NCBI RefSeq assembly: GCF_036336025.1
Contig: NZ_JAYKKE010000002.1
Location: forward strand, 239,364-303,363
DNA from: Stomatohabitans albus
GTDB lineage: Bacteria > Actinomycetota > Nitriliruptoria > Euzebyales > Euzebyaceae
Direction: 5' to 3'
DNA: 64,000 bases
Both the position numbers and the translations under genes were made by a program. Below the pieces are notes generated by a model. That model was not told where the DNA came from. It did not search any database and worked only from the letters and a program-made list of their open reading frames with translations. Below are positions 58,820-64,000 of the stretch, piece by piece (within the stretch, counting starts at the first letter, position 1; the number at the start of each line of letters is the position of its first letter).

Positions 58820-60844
58820 CTACTCGTCATCCTCATCAATATCATCCCACTCTTCAATGAGATCATGGACGGTGTTGGCTACCAGCTCACCGGTAAAGCC
58901 AAAGTGTTCGGCAACTAATGCAGCTGGGCCGCTGGCTCCAAAGGTTTCCATTGAGATGTGGTCATCGGCCAACCCTTCCCAACCCATTCGTACCCCTGCT
59001 TCGACACTCACAACAGGAATATCTCCATCGCCGAGCAATTCATCAGCATCCTCTGAGTCAGTAAAACGTTCACGTTCAGGCACACTGATGATTCGTGTCT
59101 CAATGCCGTCATCATCTTTCAAGAATGTCGCGGCTTCAACGGCCAGGGAGACCTCAGACCCCGTCGCCAATAAAATGACGTCCGGATCCTCAACGTCAGT
59201 CAGTTCATAGCCACCAACATTGACTAAATCTGCACTGGAACCTTCCAAAACGGGAAGGTCTTGGCGACTCAAAATCAGTGCGGTTGGCCCATCTGTTCGG
59301 CCAAGTGCATAGAGCCAAGCTCCAAGTGTTTCTCTGGCATCTGCAGGCCGGATAACGTCAAGGTTTGGAATAGCACGTAAGGCGGCAATTGTTTCAACCG
59401 GTTGATGTGTTGGCCCATCCTCACCGACATGGAATGAATCATGAGTAAAGACATAGATAACGGGAATACCGCTTAGGGCAGCGATACGAATTGCACCACG
59501 GGCATAATCACTGAATACCAAGAATGTTGCTACAAATGGTCGCAAGCCACCGTGAAGTGCCAGGCCATTTGCGATGCCGGCCATGGCATGTTCACGCACC
59601 CCATACTGAATATTGCGCGCAGCATAGGCATTAGGACCTACCAGGCCAGAACCTTCAATAGTGGTTTTATTAGAGCTTGCCAGGTCTGCCGATCCACCAA
59701 TAAGTTCGGGGGCTATAGTCGCCAACTTATTCAGTACGGCATGGGAGGCAGAACGAGTCGCAACCTTATCGCCGTTTTGCCAGTCCAGAACAAGGTCATC
59801 GACTTCCTCGGGTAATTCATGACGCAAGATGCGTTCAAGTTGAGTCGCAAGATCTGGCTGATCTGCTTCCCATGCGGCATATAGGGACGCCCAGGCCTCA
59901 TAACGGGCTTGTCCCACTTCGTGACGGTCCGCGATGTCAAGCAATGCCTCTGGAATCTCAAAGGGTTCATGCTCCCAGCCCCATGCGGTTTTAGCCAACG
60001 CTACTTCCTGAGCACCAAGGGGTGCCCCGTGCACCTTTGATGTTCCTGCCTTATTGGGGGAGCCTGAACCGATGGTCGTACGTACCCGAATAAAGGTTGG
60101 ACGGCCATCATCTTGACACGCTTGGGTGAGTGCTTGGTCAATCTCATTGACATCTTCACCATTTTCGATGGTTAGTGTCCGCCAACCTGTTGCCTGGACA
60201 CGTGCCATCACATCTTCTTGGCCCATTGCCCATGCAGTTGGCCCATCTAACTGAACGTCGTTATCATCCCAAATGAGTATGAGCTTGCCTAAACCCATTC
60301 GAGCGGCAACAGACAAGGACTCGAGCGCAATACCTTCTTGAAGATCTCCGTCACCACAAATCACCCAAGTATGGTGATCAATAATGGCATGGTCATCTGT
60401 GTTGTAGCGTGCGGCCAACATCGCTTCAGCGAGGGCAAATCCCACACCATTTGCAATACCTTGGCCTAAAGGTCCTGTCGTCGTATCTACACCCGGTGTA
60501 TGACCATATTCTGGATGGCCAGGAGTGACGGAATCCAACTGTCGAAACTGGCGAAGGTCTTCGATATCAAGGTCAAAGCCAGCCATAAATAATGTGGCGT
60601 ATAACAACGCGCTGGCATGCCCCACACTCAAAACGAGTCGATCACGGTTCAACCATGTGGGGTTAGCCGGATCTACGGCAAGATGGCGCTCTGTTAAGGT
60701 CCACATCAATGGAGCAAGCCCCATGGGGGCGCCTGGATGGCCAGAATTAGCGGCTTCAACCATGTCCACGCTCAGAGCGCGGATCGCGGAAATTATCTGC
60801 TGAGTGGGGGTAGTCTGCGTCACATAGGTGAGTCTAGCCCTCAA
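58820..60844 (-). CDS. tkt: transketolase
   Basis: N-terminal ...IRALSVDMVEAANSGHPGAPMGLAPL... ThDP motif GDGDLQEG. About 670 aa. The start is uncertain: either the TTG at 60844 or the GTG at 60823. Confidence 0.9.
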   Translation of the reverse strand: MRARLTYVTQTTPTQQIISAIRALSVDMVEAANSGHPGAPMGLAPLMWTLTERHLAVDPANPTWLNRDRLVLSVGHASALLYATLFMAGFDLDIEDLRQFRQLDSVTPGHPEYGHTPGVDTTTGPLGQGIANGVGFALAEAMLAARYNTDDHAIIDHHTWVICGDGDLQEGIALESLSVAARMGLGKLILIWDDNDVQLDGPTAWAMGQEDVMARVQATGWRTLTIENGEDVNEIDQALTQACQDDGRPTFIRVRTTIGSGSPNKAGTSKVHGAPLGAQEVALAKTAWGWEHEPFEIPEALLDIADRHEVGQARYEAWASLYAAWEADQPDLATQLERILRHELPEEVDDLVLDWQNGDKVATRSASHAVLNKLATIAPELIGGSADLASSNKTTIEGSGLVGPNAYAARNIQYGVREHAMAGIANGLALHGGLRPFVATFLVFSDYARGAIRIAALSGIPVIYVFTHDSFHVGEDGPTHQPVETIAALRAIPNLDVIRPADARETLGAWLYALGRTDGPTALILSRQDLPVLEGSSADLVNVGGYELTDVEDPDVILLATGSEVSLAVEAATFLKDDDGIETRIISVPERERFTDSEDADELLGDGDIPVVSVEAGVRMGWEGLADDHISMETFGASGPAALVAEHFGFTGELVANTVHDLIEEWDDIDEDDE

Positions 60845-61982
60845 TCACCGTCGCGTAGATTTCTTCAAAACGATCGAGTGTTTTGCCTATGGCGTGGTCC
60901 TCAGCAATATTGCGGCTGTGCTCACCAAAACGTGCGCGTAAATCGCTGTCACTGACGAGCGTCAGGATATGGGCGCTAAGTTGATCAATCTTTCCTGGCT
61001 CAAAGAGGAACCCATTGTTACCGCTTTGGCAGAGGTGTGGGAGTGCCATCGCATTCGCACAAATTACAGGGGTAGACGCGCACATTGCTTCGAGGGTGGC
61101 CAAACTCTGGAGTTCTGCGATACCGGGCATCACAAAAATGTCGGCTCGTCCGTAGAGATCAACCAATTCCTCTTCATCAACAAAACCATGGAAGGTCGTG
61201 ACTGAGGACAGCCCAAGTTCATCAGAAAGGCTGCGCCATTTACTTGCGCACGAACCATCACCAACGATTTCAAGCTTTACCGCCTCGGGGTCTGGGAGTT
61301 TTGCGACAGCCTTAATAAGTTCATCGACACGTTTCTCCTCATCAAGGCGCCCAACAAAGAGGATTGTTGGTTTCTTATTTGTCCGTGAGGCAGCACGTGC
61401 GGCTTCATACGGCGCCCCATCGATACCACACGAAATGGGCTCTGCCCCATAGATACCTGCCGCCGCTTCAAGCAAGGTTGTCGCACGCGGGGTTGGGGCT
61501 GTTACATAATTAGCAAGCCCATAGACCTTTGCCAGATCCTGCCATGCCATGTGTTTGACCCAATCCTTAGCAGCCTTGGGCAACGGTAAATGGCCGACAA
61601 GGTTCTCAGGCATGAAATGGTTGGTTGCGACCAGGGGAACACCTGCGTCACTGGCGTGCTTGGCAAGGTAACGACCACAAACAAAGTGAGCCTGAACGTG
61701 CGCAACATCTGGGCGGAACTTATGCACAATCTGCTTGATTCGACCCGTTACTTCCCACGGTAGACAGATATGAAAATCAGCAACAGTTGGATAACGGTGG
61801 CTCCGCATCCGATGCACAAGCACACCGTTTAAGCGTTCGCGTCCCGGCTCACCAGTCGGTGAGGGCGCGATCATATGCACTTCATGGCCACGCGAAACCA
61901 ATCCAACCGCAAACCGTTCCGCAAAGCGAGCTGCTCCGTTGATATCAGGTGCGTACGTGTCTGCTGCCATCATGATTCTCAT
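60834..61982 (-). CDS. GT4-family glycosyltransferase
   Basis: N-terminal MRIMMAADTYAPDINGAARFAERF... and a C-terminal E-x7-E-type region. I chose the start at MRIMM to reduce overlap with the upstream EamA gene. Confidence 0.75.
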   Translation of the reverse strand: MRIMMAADTYAPDINGAARFAERFAVGLVSRGHEVHMIAPSPTGEPGRERLNGVLVHRMRSHRYPTVADFHICLPWEVTGRIKQIVHKFRPDVAHVQAHFVCGRYLAKHASDAGVPLVATNHFMPENLVGHLPLPKAAKDWVKHMAWQDLAKVYGLANYVTAPTPRATTLLEAAAGIYGAEPISCGIDGAPYEAARAASRTNKKPTILFVGRLDEEKRVDELIKAVAKLPDPEAVKLEIVGDGSCASKWRSLSDELGLSSVTTFHGFVDEEELVDLYGRADIFVMPGIAELQSLATLEAMCASTPVICANAMALPHLCQSGNNGFLFEPGKIDQLSAHILTLVSDSDLRARFGEHSRNIAEDHAIGKTLDRFEEIYATVIEG

Positions 61983-62907
61983 GACTGGTCCTTTCACTGC
62001 CTTCACTGTTGCGATCGTTAGGTTCTTGTTTTGAACGATGTTGAATGGTATCGGGATGGTTGGACGAAAGTAGTGCAACTCCGACAACGGCGAGAACAGC
62101 AAAGAATGCCATCGTTGCATACAAGCTAGGGGTTACGCCCACGCCTTCTTTAAGGAGTACCAGCCCAAAAATTGATGCAGCCAACGGGTCTGCAGTTGTG
62201 AGCACCGAGATAACAATTTCAGGTGCACCCGTCGCGTACCCACGTTGGACACAATAGAACCCTGCAGCATAGGTGAATGTAAAACCTGCCACCAAGATGG
62301 CCACATAGGTTGGATTTAGAGAGGGGGTATCAGCAATTTGTATGAATGTCGCCTTGATAAGCCCGGAAGAATAGCCGTAGAGCAGTGCCGCCGATACAGA
62401 CCACATCATCACTTGGGTTCGACGGGAAAATCGACGGGTTCGTGCTACCAGACCGATCAGCAGCGAAACAGCCAAGACAGATAGTCCCGACCACAACAAT
62501 TCATTTGGCCTGGCATCTTGGCTGTGGGCAATCTTTGTCGAGAAATAGGTAAAGGCGGTCACCGCAGTGATGGTTAGTGCACAGGCGATCCACACGGGAC
62601 GGGTAACGGTGGTCTTTCGCATCTTTTGGCTAATGATGACTGAGAGCGGTACCGCAAGCACCCCAATCGGTTGAATTACCGTAACGGGAGCCAAAGCTAA
62701 CGCCCCAATATGAGTTGCCGCGCTAAATAACAACAACGCTAAGCCCGATAGCCAACGTCGATTACGGAAAGACAGACGCAACTGGACAGTCGTAGAAACT
62801 CGTCCGTTACGATGAAATAAATCAACAGCGTCATGCTGCAAAGCGGCTCCGACTGCAAAGCCGATTGCGGCAGCACACGCTAAAAGAATCGCAATGAAAA
62901 GGGACAA
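61945..62907 (-). CDS. EamA/DMT-family transporter
   Basis: Ten predicted TM helices arranged as two EamA repeats. Confidence 0.7.
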   Translation of the reverse strand: MSLFIAILLACAAAIGFAVGAALQHDAVDLFHRNGRVSTTVQLRLSFRNRRWLSGLALLLFSAATHIGALALAPVTVIQPIGVLAVPLSVIISQKMRKTTVTRPVWIACALTITAVTAFTYFSTKIAHSQDARPNELLWSGLSVLAVSLLIGLVARTRRFSRRTQVMMWSVSAALLYGYSSGLIKATFIQIADTPSLNPTYVAILVAGFTFTYAAGFYCVQRGYATGAPEIVISVLTTADPLAASIFGLVLLKEGVGVTPSLYATMAFFAVLAVVGVALLSSNHPDTIQHRSKQEPNDRNSEGSERTSHENHDGSRHVRT

Positions 62908-63027
62908 ATTATCTCCAGAAGTTAGTGAGTGGTATACACATCGCTACCGTATTGCCGAGACTACAGACTAGAATGCCAACAGACTGATAAGGCCTTGAGG
63001 GTGATATTCACCCATCGGAGTATTTTT

Positions 63028-63570
63028 ATGAACATCTTGATGGTCGCAGACCACACTCATGCTGCTGAACAAATTCGTGCTGCATTCGGTACAAAGGACA
63101 ACACGTTATTCCACGTATCTACACCAAAGCGGGCACTAGCGATTCTTGATGATCCTAAAGAATATGGCGACTATGACCTTGTCGTTGCAGATAACGATAT
63201 GCAACCAGAGGGCGGATTCTCATTGAGTCGAGAGATTAAATTGCGCAAAATGGGTGGTGCCACGATGCCCCCGATCTTGCTGTTATTAGCTCGGCCACAA
63301 GATATTTGGTTGGCGAATTGGAGCCAATGTGATGCCTGGGCCATCAAACCAGTATCGCCACTCGATCTTGGTGAAGTAGGCGATGCCATTGTTGCAGGAC
63401 TGGCTATTCCAGATTTGCCTGGAATCGGATCTGATCCCCAGCCACTACCCATTGAAGAGGGGTACCGACCAGAATACGAACGGCAACTGGCAAGCCGTGG
63501 TTGGGTGCCAGACAATCCCGCCGACTCCATCATGCCCGTCGGTGTTCCGGCCCATAAAGAACTGGGTTAA
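63028..63570 (+). CDS. stand-alone CheY-like receiver (REC) domain protein
   Basis: ILMVADHTHA...YDLVVADNDMQPEGG...PILLLLAR...AIKP matches the REC pattern (acidic pocket, phospho-acceptor Asp in VVAD, conserved Lys in AIKP). No output domain. I chose the start at MNILMVAD (63028). Confidence 0.55.
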   Translation: MNILMVADHTHAAEQIRAAFGTKDNTLFHVSTPKRALAILDDPKEYGDYDLVVADNDMQPEGGFSLSREIKLRKMGGATMPPILLLLARPQDIWLANWSQCDAWAIKPVSPLDLGEVGDAIVAGLAIPDLPGIGSDPQPLPIEEGYRPEYERQLASRGWVPDNPADSIMPVGVPAHKELG

Positions 63571-63687
63571 TACCGTTTATACCGATTACGACTCCAAACG
63601 GCCCTCTACAACAGAGGGCCGTTGTGTTACTCACAACAACGAGTTCAGTGATACGACGTATCACTTGGTACATCAAGGAGAATCGTA

Positions 63688-64000
63688 ATGCACCAATCCC
63701 GTTTGCTTTCTGCTCTGCTCACATCACTTGCGTTACTGGCAAGTGGTTGCAGTGTCGGATCCGCCTCGTCGACCGCGGCTGATTCTTCTGGGTCAGCACA
63801 AATGCCCAGCGCATCGGCAGGTTCTCATGATGCAACGGGGGATAAATCTATTGCCGTCTACGCATGTGAACCAAAATCATTGACATCGACAAACGTGAAT
63901 GAACCGTGCGGTCAAGACACCATCACATTTCTCTATACACCCCTCGTTCAGATAGATGATGCATTTAATCCCGTATTTGGTGACCAGTACCCAGATACGG
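63688..64000 (+). CDS. ABC transporter substrate-binding lipoprotein (partial, runs off the window; family-5 peptide/nickel-like)
   Basis: Lipoprotein signal MHQSRLLSALLTSLALLASGC, a low-complexity linker, then the start of a binding domain. Confidence 0.45.
   Translation, partial: MHQSRLLSALLTSLALLASGCSVGSASSTAADSSGSAQMPSASAGSHDATGDKSIAVYACEPKSLTSTNVNEPCGQDTITFLYTPLVQIDDAFNPVFGDQYPDT

Overview
This window looks like a moderately GC-rich (about 55-60%) chromosomal segment from an Actinomycetota genome, possibly an Actinomycetaceae- or Bifidobacteriaceae-like lineage. It is mostly core housekeeping genes. Identified coding genes are: RNase P RNA (rnpB) convergently overlapping serB; a MarP-like membrane serine protease; class II DAHP synthase; a lone clpP paralog; ppdK with its regulatory kinase (PDRP) directly upstream; a cobF-cobK pair; cardiolipin synthase; msrA; a standalone long-form rpsN; an M24 peptidase; rnhA; a DUF4193 acidic zinc-ribbon protein; lnt; a PgpH-like 7TM-HD protein co-oriented with a ThDP enzyme; an ABC-F ATPase; tdk; a FAS-II cluster (fabH-acpP-fabF-fabI); tRNA-Glu; a Cys-less (zinc-independent type) rpmB-rpmG-rpmE2 operon; a translationally coupled operon encoding a Pro-rich LysM secreted protein, a membrane protein and an LCP protein; era-recO; dus; maf; a type IIA topoisomerase A subunit; transketolase; a GT4 glycosyltransferase; an EamA transporter; a stand-alone REC-domain protein. 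Embedded in this are three visibly AT-rich, probably horizontally acquired cassettes. The first is a CPBP (CAAX/Abi) protease next to flotillin at about 29.8-32.7 kb. The second is a TetR regulator plus an ABC ATPase and two small permeases (Rv2686c-2688c-like architecture) at about 36.2-39.1 kb, within 3 kb of the 3' side of tRNA-Glu. The third is an ABC-2 exporter at 56.5-58.7 kb. I found no CRISPR array, integrase, transposase, reverse transcriptase or recognisable defence-system signature. The most unusual loci are: the coupled LysM / membrane / LCP operon; the zinc-independent ribosomal protein paralogs behind a long structured leader with no obvious Zur box; the isolated cobF-cobK pair; the rnpB/serB overlap; the AT-rich gap with short peptide ORFs upstream of the CPBP protease. 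Every call is from reading the sequence and translations by eye; no database search was run.
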